From Parcubacteria group bacterium (GTDB lineage Bacteria; Patescibacteriota; Minisyncoccia; Moranbacterales; UBA2206), in the NCBI GenBank assembly GCA_041671525.1, contig JBAZBJ010000001.1, positions 9,638-73,637 of the forward strand: a stretch of DNA of 64,000 bases, in the 5' to 3' direction. The notes under the pieces were generated by a model that made no database searches, was not told the DNA's origin, and was given only the letters and a program-made list of their open reading frames with translations. Both the position numbers and the translations under genes were made by a program. Below, in pieces: positions 1 through 10,197 of the stretch (position 1 is the first letter of the stretch; every line of letters starts with the position of its first letter).

Positions 1-2
1 TG

Positions 3-419
3 ATTGTAATCTTTGCGACTGCGCTGGGAATTTTTTCATTGGCTGGCGACAAGCAAATAGATAACGCGCAGGATGAGCCAACAACCGTTGTAGCTGAAAA
101 GGCTATGTCGAAGCAGGCGTGCGAACATTATTATGAAGGTGAGGCGCAGGTTGCCGGCTGGTTGGTTAGCGCGGACGATGGAGACTTGGTCGTGCAGTTA
201 GCCCGGGCCGATCTGGAAAAAATGCCCAAGACGGCGCAGACTGTAGATAATTCCCAGGTGAAACTGGTGGATGCTTCGCCTGAGATCAAAAAAAGTCTCG
301 AAAAATCCAGCAGTGAAAAACCCGTTAGCATAACCATCAAGGGTTATGCGACCGTTTGCAATTCAGCCATGCCACTGATCAGTCTGGAGCCGGCCACGAT
401 TGCTTTCAAGAAAAGCTAA
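3..419 (+). CDS. hypothetical protein, 5' end cut by window edge
   Basis: Frame is open from nt 3; in-frame codons upstream of the tracked TTG at 39 read IVIFATALGIFSLAG (hydrophobic anchor-like); no family motif recognised. Confidence 0.35.
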   Translation: MVIFATALGIFSLAGDKQIDNAQDEPTTVVAEKAMSKQACEHYYEGEAQVAGWLVSADDGDLVVQLARADLEKMPKTAQTVDNSQVKLVDASPEIKKSLEKSSSEKPVSITIKGYATVCNSAMPLISLEPATIAFKKS

Positions 420-526
420 ATTATCATTAGGAAAATACAGCAGGTGTGCAAAAGTCGAGGATTCCTTGACTTTTTTGACCTGGGGGTGCTAAGCTACGGT
501 CAATAAAAGGTCAATCATTCGGTCAT

Positions 527-1555
527 ATGAAAATTACTAAAATCATCCGTAAATTGGGCGAGATCGGGAAGAAGTCCAATACTGCCGTTTGCGATGTCTT
601 TTTGTGCAAAACCAACCGGAAACGCGATCTGATCATTATCGCAATCTCGGTTTTTGTCGCTTCAATCATTATCGCGGATAGCCGTTATTCCCTGGTCAAT
701 CTGCTAAAGCGAAATATCCAGGCCAATAAAGTTGTTGAGGATACGGTTGCGGCTCCTGAGGTGAGGGTCTATGAGCAGGTCAAGGCGATCCAGGAAACCA
801 TCGATACGAGCAAGTGGAAAAATTATCAAAGTCAGTGGTATGGCGTGGAATTGAAATATCCCGAGCAGTGGGGAAACCCGATCCATCGATCTGCCACGCG
901 GGGAACCAAATGGGAATATCGTTCGCAATTTCGCAGTGAGACAGTTGGCGCGAACAATCCCTATGTCGGTTTTGATCTCGTGATCTATCCGATCGCTGTG
1001 ATTAAGGAGGCGACAAATACGGATGAATTTCCTAAAATCAAAAGTCCGGAGCTGAAGGAAAAGGAATCGTGCGCAATGTTCGATGGACATCTGATCGAAA
1101 CTGGAGACTATGCGGCCGAAGAAATTTATGTTCCGGCCGAAGATGATTGTTATGATGCGGCCTTGTATTTCAGTTTTACCCGGGACGCATATGTGTATAA
1201 TCTGGTACCGGTCATGCGTGATGGCTATGAGCGTACCAGTGATCCGATGGTGGATGTGGCGGATCATTTTCCTGAATTTTTTTCGGTGGCTTCGCAGTTA
1301 AGCACGATTGACATAGTGCGACCGAAACCGAAGGCGGTCGCAACTCCAACCCCAAAAGTTGTCAGCGCGCCGCAGCCGTATATCTATAAAAAAGACAGTG
1401 TAGGAAGACGGGTCTGTGGCACAAAAAATGATAAACCGGCCAAGAGCAAGAAAAACAAAAGTCGGCACATGGATATGGAATGTTGTCTGGATCCGGATGA
1501 ATATCCGAATCCGAACTGCTATTATGATCCGGCGAAATACGGAAAATATCTATAA
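527..1555 (+). CDS. hypothetical membrane-anchored/secreted protein with Cys-rich C-terminal tail
   Basis: 342-aa ORF; single N-terminal hydrophobic helix (LIIIAISVFVASIIIA); C-terminal HMDMECCLDPDEYPNPNCYYDP; followed by a terminator. Confidence 0.5.
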   Translation: MKITKIIRKLGEIGKKSNTAVCDVFLCKTNRKRDLIIIAISVFVASIIIADSRYSLVNLLKRNIQANKVVEDTVAAPEVRVYEQVKAIQETIDTSKWKNYQSQWYGVELKYPEQWGNPIHRSATRGTKWEYRSQFRSETVGANNPYVGFDLVIYPIAVIKEATNTDEFPKIKSPELKEKESCAMFDGHLIETGDYAAEEIYVPAEDDCYDAALYFSFTRDAYVYNLVPVMRDGYERTSDPMVDVADHFPEFFSVASQLSTIDIVRPKPKAVATPTPKVVSAPQPYIYKKDSVGRRVCGTKNDKPAKSKKNKSRHMDMECCLDPDEYPNPNCYYDPAKYGKYL

Positions 1556-1582
1556 ATAAAGAAAAGCATAGCAAGCATAACG

Positions 1583-1606
1583 AAAGCCGCCGCGGGCGGC
1601 TTTTTG
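1583..1606 (+). terminator. rho-independent terminator
   Basis: gccgcc-gcg-ggcggc hairpin followed by TTTTT just after the 527..1555 stop. Confidence 0.7.
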
Positions 1607-1696
1607 TGTGGATAGAATAAATGCTAACCAGGAGTGTATTATGGAAGACTGAACCGAACTTTTTTGCGAGTGAAATTTCGGAAAACAAATTTTTTT

Positions 1697-2752
1697 ATGA
1701 TGAAAAAGCGCATACATTGGGCTGTGGGTTTTCTGGGAATTGCAATCCTGGCTTTTGTCTTTGGCGGGGCGATTGCGGAAATCCGAGCAAGATTTTTTTC
1801 GCCTTCGGGGACGAGTGTGATTGAAGCGGGTGTGGCCCCAACGGAGGAGTCTGCAGCGGAAAAGACGGGAAATGATCAAGATGGCGTGGATCAATCCATG
1901 AGTGATCCGGCACCTGTTTCGGAACAAGCGCAAGTGCCGTCAACCGGTCAATCTGAGGACAGCTTTTCCTTCGCGATTCTCGGCGATACGCAGCGCTTTG
2001 ATGCGGCCAATTCCGCCGGTGGTTTTCAGCAGGCAGTGCGAGCGATCAACGGCAAGGATGTTGATTTTGTGATGACAGTTGGTGATCTGCTCTCGAGTTG
2101 TGACAAGGGCTGCGCCGGAAAGCTGGTGGAATGGCAAAAGATTATTGGCTTATTGGCGCCCAAAACCTATGCGGTGATGGGTAACCATGATCGGACGGGC
2201 AGAAGCACGGCGGATGAGGCTTGGCAAAAAGTGTTCGAGATGCCGACTAACGGGCCGGCCGGTTACAGCGAAATGGTTTATTCCTTTGATTTTAAAAATA
2301 CGCATTTCGTGGTTCTCAATAGCGAGAAACCTAAGGAGCATGTCATCAACAAAACACAGCGCGATTGGTTAGAATCTGATTTAGGAGCTAATAAAAAGGA
2401 AAATATTCTGGTTTTTTATCATGAGCCGGCGTACCCGGTCAGTTCCAAGATCGGCGAAAGTCTGGATTTTGAAAAAAAAGAGCGTGATGAGTTTTGGAAT
2501 ATTTTGACAAAATATCAGGTGACGGCAGTATTTAATGGGCATGAGCATATTTTTAGCCGGCGAAAAATTGGTAATATCTATCAATTTGTAGTGGGCAACA
2601 CTGATTCCTTTGATCATGACCTGCCCAAGCCGGGGGTGGCCGAATATAGCTTTCAGGGTAAGAGTTTCGCGGTGGTCAAGGTTACTGGGAGGGATATTTT
2701 TATCAGCCTGTATTCAGTGGAAGGTAAGTTGACAAATGAGTTTGGATTTTGA
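1697..2752 (+). CDS. calcineurin-like metallophosphoesterase with N-terminal membrane anchor
   Basis: Motifs AILGDTQ, VMTVGDLL, MGNHD, FNGHEH in canonical order; start moved to ATG 1697 (MMKKRIHWAVGFLGIAILAF anchor) rather than tracked 1634. Confidence 0.8.
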   Translation: MMKKRIHWAVGFLGIAILAFVFGGAIAEIRARFFSPSGTSVIEAGVAPTEESAAEKTGNDQDGVDQSMSDPAPVSEQAQVPSTGQSEDSFSFAILGDTQRFDAANSAGGFQQAVRAINGKDVDFVMTVGDLLSSCDKGCAGKLVEWQKIIGLLAPKTYAVMGNHDRTGRSTADEAWQKVFEMPTNGPAGYSEMVYSFDFKNTHFVVLNSEKPKEHVINKTQRDWLESDLGANKKENILVFYHEPAYPVSSKIGESLDFEKKERDEFWNILTKYQVTAVFNGHEHIFSRRKIGNIYQFVVGNTDSFDHDLPKPGVAEYSFQGKSFAVVKVTGRDIFISLYSVEGKLTNEFGF

Positions 2753-2814
2753 CCGAATAATATGACGTTCGGCACCACGATTCCCTTTTTTTCAGACAGT
2801 GGTATAATAAAAGC

Positions 2815-3873
2815 ATGCAACTCAAGAATTATAATGTCTATTTTTTCTTTTTTGTTTTGATCGCCATCACGGTGGTGGCCTATTTTATCATGCAGCCGTT
2901 TTTGGTGCCATTTCTGATCGCGGCGGTGTTGGCGCACTTGTTCAGTCCGTTGCACGGGATCCTTTCGAAATTTCTCAAAAGCAAGGGATTGGGTTCGGTG
3001 TTGGTGTGCCTGTTGGTCGCGCTGATCATCATCGTGCCGATCTTTGTAGTTTTGTCTTTGGTTGTCAATGAAATTCAGGATGTCATCAACCGCTTTACCA
3101 CTGATCCGGAGGCGGTCAAAAGCACGATAAACAATTTTTCCGGCAGTTTGACGACGTTGCCGATCTTCCATCTTTTTGCGCCGGAAAAATTCATCAATGA
3201 GGCTTCCATCATTTCCGCGGTCAAGAGTCTGTCGCAAAACGCCCTGACTATCCTGCAGAGCGCCTATCAGGGCGTGGCACACTTCATTTTTGTCACTTTT
3301 ATTATGTTCTTCTCGCTGTTCTATCTGCTGATCGACGGTCACCGACTGGTGAAAAAGATCATGCAACTGAGCCCGCTCGCGGACAAATACGAAAATATCC
3401 TGATCGCTAAATTCAATTCGATTACCCGCGCGACAATCAAGGGTACCATCCTGATCGGCATTATCCAAGGCACGATCGGGAGCATTCTCTTTTCCGCGAC
3501 GGGGGTGGCGTCGCCGGTCTTTTTCGGGGTCATCATGATGATTTCCTCGGTCATTCCTTCAATCGGTTCCGGTTTGGTTTGGCTGCCGGTTGGCGTGGTC
3601 ATGCTGCTTCTGGGACACACAACGGAAGGCATTACGATTCTGGTGGTGGGGGGATTGGTCATCAGCATGATTGATAACCTGGTGCAGCCGAAGCTGGTCG
3701 GCAAAGATACGCAGATGCATCCGCTTTTGATTTTGTTTGCCACCTTGGGTGGCATCGCTTTGTTCGGCTTCTCCGGCTTCATCGTGGGACCGATGCTCAT
3801 GTCACTTTTCGTGGCGTTGTGGGACATCTATGCGCTGGAATTCAAAGGTCAGTTGGATAATTATAATAAATAA
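2815..3873 (+). CDS. AI-2E family transporter (PerM/TqsA-like, UPF0118)
   Basis: 352-aa polytopic membrane protein with N- and C-terminal TM clusters around a central soluble loop; overall resemblance to AI-2E permeases (recognition from memory). Confidence 0.7.
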   Translation: MQLKNYNVYFFFFVLIAITVVAYFIMQPFLVPFLIAAVLAHLFSPLHGILSKFLKSKGLGSVLVCLLVALIIIVPIFVVLSLVVNEIQDVINRFTTDPEAVKSTINNFSGSLTTLPIFHLFAPEKFINEASIISAVKSLSQNALTILQSAYQGVAHFIFVTFIMFFSLFYLLIDGHRLVKKIMQLSPLADKYENILIAKFNSITRATIKGTILIGIIQGTIGSILFSATGVASPVFFGVIMMISSVIPSIGSGLVWLPVGVVMLLLGHTTEGITILVVGGLVISMIDNLVQPKLVGKDTQMHPLLILFATLGGIALFGFSGFIVGPMLMSLFVALWDIYALEFKGQLDNYNK

Positions 3874-3885
3874 AATGAACATCGG

Positions 3886-4374
3886 ATGTTTGAAGCGTTT
3901 ATAATTTTTGGCGCGAAATATTTGATTGTCCTTTCGGGGATTATTTTTTTGGCATATCTGTTGCAACAATCGGGAGACAAACAAAAGCAGATCATACTAT
4001 TTGCGATTATCAGTCTACCGACGATTTATGTGGCGGCCAAGCTGGCTTCGCTTGTGTATTTTGATCCGCGACCGTTTGTGGTTGGAAATTTCGCGCCACT
4101 CATCCCGCACGCGGCGGACAACGGTTTTCCTTCTGATCACACATTGTTGGCCGGCGCGCTCTCAGCGGTCATCTTTTTCTTCCATAAAAAAATCGGCCTA
4201 ATTTTGTTGGTGGTGGCGTTGGTGGTGGGGGGCGCTCGGGTTTTGGCCGGGGTGCATCACGCGGTGGATGTTGTGGGCAGTATAGGCATCGCATTTTTTG
4301 TCGCGTATTTGTTGCATAAATCAGTATTGCCGATTATGCTAAAATCCAAACTGTATACGCACTATTTGAGGTAA
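3886..4374 (+). CDS. PAP2-family phosphatase (undecaprenyl-diphosphatase-like)
   Basis: PSDHT and GGARVLAGVHHAVDV acid-phosphatase motifs in a 162-aa multi-TM protein. Confidence 0.75.
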   Translation: MFEAFIIFGAKYLIVLSGIIFLAYLLQQSGDKQKQIILFAIISLPTIYVAAKLASLVYFDPRPFVVGNFAPLIPHAADNGFPSDHTLLAGALSAVIFFFHKKIGLILLVVALVVGGARVLAGVHHAVDVVGSIGIAFFVAYLLHKSVLPIMLKSKLYTHYLR

Positions 4375-4444
4375 AAAATTGGCGGAATCAAAATCAGGGT
4401 GTATTATGAGGGAGAGGGATGAGCCCTTTCTTTTATTTTAGTCT

Positions 4445-6238
4445 ATGGCAGAAAAGAAGGACAATTTAAAGGCTGAAAAAAGTGGAGTAAACATCCGTGA
4501 TTTTTGGTTGCACCTTTGGACCTTGATAGTGCCCTTTCATGGGCAGATTTTTGGCGTGTTGGTGCTGATTATTTTTGCGGAAATAGTTAAGCTGAGCGGA
4601 CCGTATTTTTTGAAATTGATTATTGATAATTTGATGGCCTTTGATGCGACTAGAATAAAGGAGATACTAATTTTCATTGCGCTGATGTTTGCGTCTAATG
4701 AGGCGGGATCGCTTTTGAGCTATGTGATTGATGGAAAAATGTTTCAAATTTTAGGTGGTATCAATGAATATATTCCTCATCAAGCTTTGCAAAAGTTATT
4801 ATCACTGCCGCTGGGTTATCATGAAAAAGAAAACACTGGCAATAAGGTAGTAAAAATAACGCGTGGGGTGGACAAGATTGATAGTTTGCTTGGCAATTTG
4901 TCCTGGGAAGTCGTGCCAACAATTTTCCAGATAATTTTTACGGCTGCAGTTCTACTGTTTTTAGACTGGAGATTCTTTTTGATTTTATTGTTTTTTATTC
5001 CGATTTTTGTTTTTCTGACGCTGAAAGTTAACAAGGAGGTTTATCCGTATCGGCGTAAAAGATTTATGAGTCAGGATGAATCGGCCGGGGTGATGGCACA
5101 GGCGATTATTAATATTAACACGGTTAAATCATTCGTGCAGGAGAAAAAGGAGTCCACTAAATTTCAGAAAATTATCAGTCAGGTTAAAGATAATATTTGG
5201 CTAGAATTTAGCCGAATTATCAAATACAATGTTAAGCGAAATTTTGTTATCGATGTGGGTCGGGCCTTCATTTTAGTAGCGGGATTTTTTTTGGTTTGGA
5301 AAAACTCGATGTCGATTGGTAGTTTGGTTTTTGTTTACACGATTTCCGAAAAAGCTTTGCTTTCGCTATTTCGAATTTCGCGAATCTATGATCGAGTTAT
5401 GGAAAGTAGTGAAGCAATTGAGCGAATTTATAGTTTATCATTGGAAGAATCGGAAATTAAAAATGCCAAAAATGGCTTCAAACCAAAAAACATCGATGGT
5501 CAGATTGAATTTAAAAATGTGACCTTTTCCTATTCAGACAGTACACAAAAGGCCTTGAATAAAGTCAACTTTAGTATTAATGCCGGCTGTATGACAGCCT
5601 TGGTGGGTCCTTCGGGTGGCGGTAAAACGACGGTCGCGCGCATGGTGTATCGGCATTATGATCCAACCAAGGGAGATGTGCTGCTCGATGGCAAAAAATT
5701 GCAAGAATATGACCTGTATGCTTTTCGAAAATTCATCGCGATCGTGCCGCAGGAAGTGGAAATTTTTAATACGAGCGTAAAAGACAATATTGCTTACGCC
5801 AAATCGAATGCTAGTTTTCAGGAAGTGCAGGCGGCGGCGCGAATTGCCAACGCGGAGGAGTTTATCACCCAGCTTAAGGGCGGCTATGAAACGCTAGTGG
5901 GCGAGCGCGGCATCAAATTGTCGGGTGGTCAGCGGCAGCGGATCGGGATTGCGCGGGCGATTTTGGCCAATCCGCGAATTTTGATCTTTGATGAAGCGAC
6001 CAGCAGTCTGGATTCGTATAGTGAAAAACTGATCCAGGAAGCTATGGACAAAATCGTGAAGGGGCGAACCGTGATTGTGATTGCGCATCGCCTGAGTACG
6101 ATCAAAAAAGCCGACAAGATTGTGGTGCTGGAGAAGGGCAAAGTGATCGAGGAAGGCAGTCATTTTGAATTGGCACAGGTTAGTGGCGGGCTATATCAGA
6201 AATTGATCAAGTTGCAAGAAGTGGGCGACGTGGATTAA
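4445..6238 (+). CDS. ABC exporter, fused permease/ATPase (MsbA/multidrug type)
   Basis: N-terminal 6-TM domain; Walker A GPSGGGKTT, signature LSGGQRQRIGIARA, Walker B ILIFDEATSSLD. Confidence 0.9.
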   Translation: MAEKKDNLKAEKSGVNIRDFWLHLWTLIVPFHGQIFGVLVLIIFAEIVKLSGPYFLKLIIDNLMAFDATRIKEILIFIALMFASNEAGSLLSYVIDGKMFQILGGINEYIPHQALQKLLSLPLGYHEKENTGNKVVKITRGVDKIDSLLGNLSWEVVPTIFQIIFTAAVLLFLDWRFFLILLFFIPIFVFLTLKVNKEVYPYRRKRFMSQDESAGVMAQAIININTVKSFVQEKKESTKFQKIISQVKDNIWLEFSRIIKYNVKRNFVIDVGRAFILVAGFFLVWKNSMSIGSLVFVYTISEKALLSLFRISRIYDRVMESSEAIERIYSLSLEESEIKNAKNGFKPKNIDGQIEFKNVTFSYSDSTQKALNKVNFSINAGCMTALVGPSGGGKTTVARMVYRHYDPTKGDVLLDGKKLQEYDLYAFRKFIAIVPQEVEIFNTSVKDNIAYAKSNASFQEVQAAARIANAEEFITQLKGGYETLVGERGIKLSGGQRQRIGIARAILANPRILIFDEATSSLDSYSEKLIQEAMDKIVKGRTVIVIAHRLSTIKKADKIVVLEKGKVIEEGSHFELAQVSGGLYQKLIKLQEVGDVD

Positions 6239-6258
6239 ATAATCGGCAAAAAAATAGT

Positions 6259-6290
6259 AAAACAGTCCGCTGCGGTGGGCTGTTTTGCTT
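6259..6290 (+). terminator. rho-independent terminator
   Basis: aaaacag...ctgtttt stem with T-run right after the ABC exporter stop. Confidence 0.6.
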
Positions 6291-6372
6291 TAGCTGAGGC
6301 GTATATTTTTTGTGAAAGCTTTGTTTGAAGCCAAAAGGGGAGTTGGGGCGGAATATGGCTTGAAACACGGGA

Positions 6373-6401
6373 TTGACATTGCCCTGAATAAAAAGTATAC
6401 T
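6373..6401 (+). promoter_or_regulatory. sigma70-like promoter
   Basis: TTGACA (6373-6378), 17-nt spacer, TATACT (6396-6401); about 175 nt upstream of 6580 CDS. Confidence 0.6.
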
Positions 6402-6579
6402 GGATAGCACAATTCAAAAAGCTATAGTCCCGCAAAGGAACTTTTTTTATTGTAAGAGCACAATTGAATAACAATTTAATAGTCTCGAGTATCTCGCATC
6501 GATTCGAGTCGAAGCGGGTTGAGACGCATTAATCATTAAGGAAAAAAATATTTGTAGACAAAAAAATCACGGACGTTTT

Positions 6580-7407
6580 GTGGGGGCGATTGTGCTGGGC
6601 GCTGTCGTAGCGCTGATGCCAATCATGACTGTTGATGCAGAAGCGTCATCCGGATCTCCTTTGAAAAAAGCCATTGAATTTTCCAAGGAAAAAATAACCG
6701 GAGTGAAAAGCATAACGATCGATAATCAAGTTGGAGATCAGATTGAACAGGACGATGTAAAAAAGACGAAACAGGCGGAAGAGAAGCAACAAAAAAAGAA
6801 AAAAATACCGCGCGGAGTGACCAATCTGAGTGAAGTGGAAAAGGCCGTAGAGTTTGCCAGCGAAAAGACTGGGGTGCGCAAGGACTTTATTATGGGCATG
6901 TTGGTGGTGGAATCGGATTTGGGTCGCAATCCCGGCAAGTGTACGTATGGTGAGGTGGAGGCAGATGCCGAGAGATCTCACAAAAATGGCCAGTTAAGCG
7001 AGACGGCGTGGAACACCTTTCAGGAGAGGAAGAATTTGGTGAAATCGATTGCGGATGGTTTGGGCTATGACTATGAAAAATTACGAGTTTCGTGTAATCC
7101 GGCCAGCTATGCTGGTACCGGTGGCGCGATGGGTATTCCCCAATTCATGCCGGATACTTGGTTTGAATATAAGGATAGGGTGGCGGCTGTTGTTGGTAAA
7201 GAAAATCCGGATCCATGGAATGTTCTGGATGGCGTGACGGCCATGGCGCTCAAGGTAGCGGATGTGCCGGGCGTCGTTGAACATAATCAGTGGTCAGAGC
7301 GAGCAGCATCGAAGTTATATTTGTCAGGGACAACTTCTTGGCGTTATGATTGGTATGCATCAGAGATCCAATATTGGGCGAATAACTATGCGAAGCTGAT
7401 CGGCTAA
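6580..7407 (+). CDS. secreted lytic transglycosylase-like cell-wall hydrolase (GTG start)
   Basis: Signal-like N-terminus; GGAMGIPQFMPDTW motif typical of MltB/SLT_2-type lytic transglycosylases. Confidence 0.6.
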   Translation: MGAIVLGAVVALMPIMTVDAEASSGSPLKKAIEFSKEKITGVKSITIDNQVGDQIEQDDVKKTKQAEEKQQKKKKIPRGVTNLSEVEKAVEFASEKTGVRKDFIMGMLVVESDLGRNPGKCTYGEVEADAERSHKNGQLSETAWNTFQERKNLVKSIADGLGYDYEKLRVSCNPASYAGTGGAMGIPQFMPDTWFEYKDRVAAVVGKENPDPWNVLDGVTAMALKVADVPGVVEHNQWSERAASKLYLSGTTSWRYDWYASEIQYWANNYAKLIG

Positions 7408-7420
7408 ATTTCGACCAACA

Positions 7421-7456
7421 AAAAAGACCATCCTGCACACGCGGGATGGTCTTTTG
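7421..7456. terminator. bidirectional terminator between convergent genes
   Basis: aaaaagaccatcc-N10-ggatggtctttt: 9-bp perfect stem flanked by A-run and T-run. Confidence 0.7.
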
Positions 7457-7468
7457 TCAATTCTAATT

Positions 7469-9577
7469 CTAGAAAACCGGTTTGCCGGCGTTGCCACCAG
7501 AGATTTTGCTCTTGCTGCCGTCAGCTGAAATAATCTCGATTTTTGTCGTGACTTTGTCGGGCGCCAATTTTTTGGCGCTTTTCTCGGAAATTTTTTTGCC
7601 GCTGGATATTTTATAGTAAGTGATTTTTGTCTGTTGCGGCGCAAAAGCGACTTGCGGTTCCGGCAGATTTGTTTTTTGGGTGTCATACGGCGGGAAGCCG
7701 ACGTTTGGATATTCTTGGATAACCTGGGACATAAATTTGTTCCAGATCGGCGCGGCCACAAAAGAACCATCCGCGCCGGCGCGCATCGGTCGACTGTCGT
7801 TGTTGCCCGCCCAAACCCCGACCGCGATATAGGGCGTAAAGCCGACGGTCCAAGCATCACGAAATTCCTGAGTGGTTCCGGTTTTGGCAGCTACGGTGCG
7901 TCCGGGTATAAACAGCTTGTTGTTCGGCCCGAAGATCGGAGTACGCGCTTGGTTGTCGGAAAGAATCGAGTCAATCTTACGGGCGATTTGCGGGTCCAGC
8001 ACCGGCAAATTTTTTGGCGTGTTTTCCCGGATGATTTCCTTTTTATTATTGAGAATTTTCAAAATCGGATCAACCGGATTGCGCTTGCCATCATTAGCAA
8101 AAACGGAAAAGCCGGAAGTTTCATCCAGAAGGGTCACCTCGCCACCGCCGATGACCAGTGACAAGCCATAGCGGTTACGATCATTGAGGGTGGTGATGCC
8201 CAAGCGATGAGCAATTTCCAGCGCGTCATCGATGCCGACTTCACGTAGAGTTTTGATGGCGGGAACATTGAGTGACATGGAAAGTGCCTGGCGCATGGTC
8301 AGGACGCCGTGAAATTTGCCGTCATAATTACGGGGAACGTAGTTGCGTCCGGAACCGTCCGGACCGAAATTGGTTTGCGCGTCGAGCACCAGCGTTTCCG
8401 GTTGGAAACCTTTTTCAAAAGCTTTGGCATAGACAAATGGTTTGAAAGAGGATCCGGGTTGGCGCGGGCTAGTCGCCACGTTGACCTGTCCATCAATCGT
8501 TTGCGCGAAATAATCCTTGCTCCCCACCATGGCCAAAATCTGGCCATTTTGCGGATCGAGGGCGACCAGCGCGGCGTTCGTGGCGCCGTATCTTTTCAGA
8601 TTATAATCAGCGCTGTCCTGGATAATTTGTTCGGCCAATTTTTGTTTGTCATAATCCAGCGTGGTATAAATTTTCAGACCACCTTCCTCGATCATTTGGC
8701 GACCATAGTTTTGTTCCAGCTGACCTAGGACATAAAAAACAAAATGGGGCGCGTCAATAGATTGTTTGAAAGGGGTGACTTTTTGCAGAGTGTCTTCTTG
8801 GAGGGCGGCAATGACATCTTGCTTGCTAACAAAGTTTAAAGCGGCAATTTTTTCTAACACATCCTTTTGGCGAGCGCGAAGCTCATCCGTGTTATTGCCA
8901 TAGGGAGAATAGTAGGTTGGAGCCTTGGTCATGGCGGCGAGCATGGCGGCCTCGTCCAGAGTGAGATCTGCTGCTTTCTTGTTGAAATAGGTTTCCGCCG
9001 CCGCTTCGATGCCATAAGCGTTGGAGCCGTATGGCACCTCATTCAAATAGGCGTCCAGAATCTGATCCTTGGTATGTTTCCTTTCAATTTTAATGGCATA
9101 AACGGCCTCTAGAACTTTGCGCTTGAGGGTTTTTTCGCGATTGAGAAAGGCGTTCCGGGCGAGTTGCTGGGTGATGGTTGAGCCACCCTGGCTGGCACTG
9201 CCCTGTTCCAGATTAACTTTCAGGGCGCGCAGGATGGCGGTGGGATCAACGCCGTGGTGTTGGTAAAAGGAGTCATCCTCGGTGGCGACTGTGGCCACCC
9301 GTACAAAGTTGGGAATTTCTTCATGGCTGACAGTTTTGCGATTTTCTTCGCCGTGCACCTCATACAGCACGTGAGTGCCGGTGCGATCATAAACAACGCT
9401 GGTTTGGGCGATATGGCGAGTGTAGAGAGTTGTGCCCAGCGGAGTTTTAGCGATCAGATACAAAAAACCGGCCGTGCTAATGGCCGCAATCATCACAAAA
9501 ACATACAGGGAAATCAGCATAGTTTCCTTGAGGAAGAAGCGGAGGGTCAATTTCTGTTTTTTTGCTTTGCTACTCAT
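7469..9577 (-). CDS. class A penicillin-binding protein (glycosyltransferase + transpeptidase)
   Basis: GT51 motifs EDDSFYQHHGVD and GGSTITQQL; transpeptidase SSFKP (SxxK), SLN (SxN), KTGTT (KTG); N-terminal TM anchor. Confidence 0.9.
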   Translation of the reverse strand: MSSKAKKQKLTLRFFLKETMLISLYVFVMIAAISTAGFLYLIAKTPLGTTLYTRHIAQTSVVYDRTGTHVLYEVHGEENRKTVSHEEIPNFVRVATVATEDDSFYQHHGVDPTAILRALKVNLEQGSASQGGSTITQQLARNAFLNREKTLKRKVLEAVYAIKIERKHTKDQILDAYLNEVPYGSNAYGIEAAAETYFNKKAADLTLDEAAMLAAMTKAPTYYSPYGNNTDELRARQKDVLEKIAALNFVSKQDVIAALQEDTLQKVTPFKQSIDAPHFVFYVLGQLEQNYGRQMIEEGGLKIYTTLDYDKQKLAEQIIQDSADYNLKRYGATNAALVALDPQNGQILAMVGSKDYFAQTIDGQVNVATSPRQPGSSFKPFVYAKAFEKGFQPETLVLDAQTNFGPDGSGRNYVPRNYDGKFHGVLTMRQALSMSLNVPAIKTLREVGIDDALEIAHRLGITTLNDRNRYGLSLVIGGGEVTLLDETSGFSVFANDGKRNPVDPILKILNNKKEIIRENTPKNLPVLDPQIARKIDSILSDNQARTPIFGPNNKLFIPGRTVAAKTGTTQEFRDAWTVGFTPYIAVGVWAGNNDSRPMRAGADGSFVAAPIWNKFMSQVIQEYPNVGFPPYDTQKTNLPEPQVAFAPQQTKITYYKISSGKKISEKSAKKLAPDKVTTKIEIISADGSKSKISGGNAGKPVF

Positions 9578-9624
9578 ATTTATTACTACTGTTTTTATTG
9601 TAAATTATTTTGTTCTTTACGCAA

Positions 9625-9653
9625 TTGACAAAAGTTCATTAATGGACTATAAT
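9625..9653 (+). promoter_or_regulatory. sigma70-like promoter
   Basis: TTGACA (9625-9630), 17-nt spacer, TATAAT (9648-9653), upstream of KH-protein/trmD genes. Confidence 0.65.
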
Positions 9654-9763
9654 AAAGTTAATCGAAAATAAGGTGAGGAACCCTGCTGTGGCGGGGGCGG
9701 ATGGTTGGTCGAACTTCCAAAAATCATTTTGTTTTGAGATAATAAATTCATAGAATTACTAAA

Positions 9764-10087
9764 ATGGCAGAACAAGACAGGGACTTCGTTGAGTATGTTG
9801 TGAAACAAATTGTTAACAACCCAGACGCAGTCAAAGTAGAAAGAAAAATCGACGAAATGGGAGTTCTCATCTCCTTGGATGTTGATCCAAGCGACATGGG
9901 AATGGTCATTGGACGAGAAGGTGCCACCGCAAAAGCGCTGCGAACTCTTTTGAGAGTGATCGGAGCAAAAAACAATGCTCGAGTTAATCTGAAGATTAAC
10001 GAACCGGAGGGATCGGAAAGAAAACCTCGCGAAGATCGCGAACCTCGCGTTGAGCGCAGCATTGATGATGTTGTTGGGGGCCTATAA
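9764..10087 (+). CDS. KH-domain RNA-binding protein (YlqC/KhpA-like) with basic/acidic C-terminal tail
   Basis: VKVERKIDEMGVLISLDVDPSDMGMVIGREGATAKALRTLLRV = type II KH core with GxxG-like VIGREG; located just upstream of trmD as in many bacteria. Confidence 0.75.
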   Translation: MAEQDRDFVEYVVKQIVNNPDAVKVERKIDEMGVLISLDVDPSDMGMVIGREGATAKALRTLLRVIGAKNNARVNLKINEPEGSERKPREDREPRVERSIDDVVGGL

Positions 10088-10197
10088 TTTAGAAAACTAA
10101 CAACTTTTTTCTCCCTCTTTTTGGAGTGGAGAAGTTAGACAAAAGAGCCTGTAAAAAGGCTTTTTTGTTTGTTTTAAATGTGTTATTATAGAAATGT

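Noticed and set aside
2653-3468. 271-aa minus-strand ORF
   Set aside because: Antisense to the AI-2E permease gene; highly charged D/R/Q-rich translation; no independent support.
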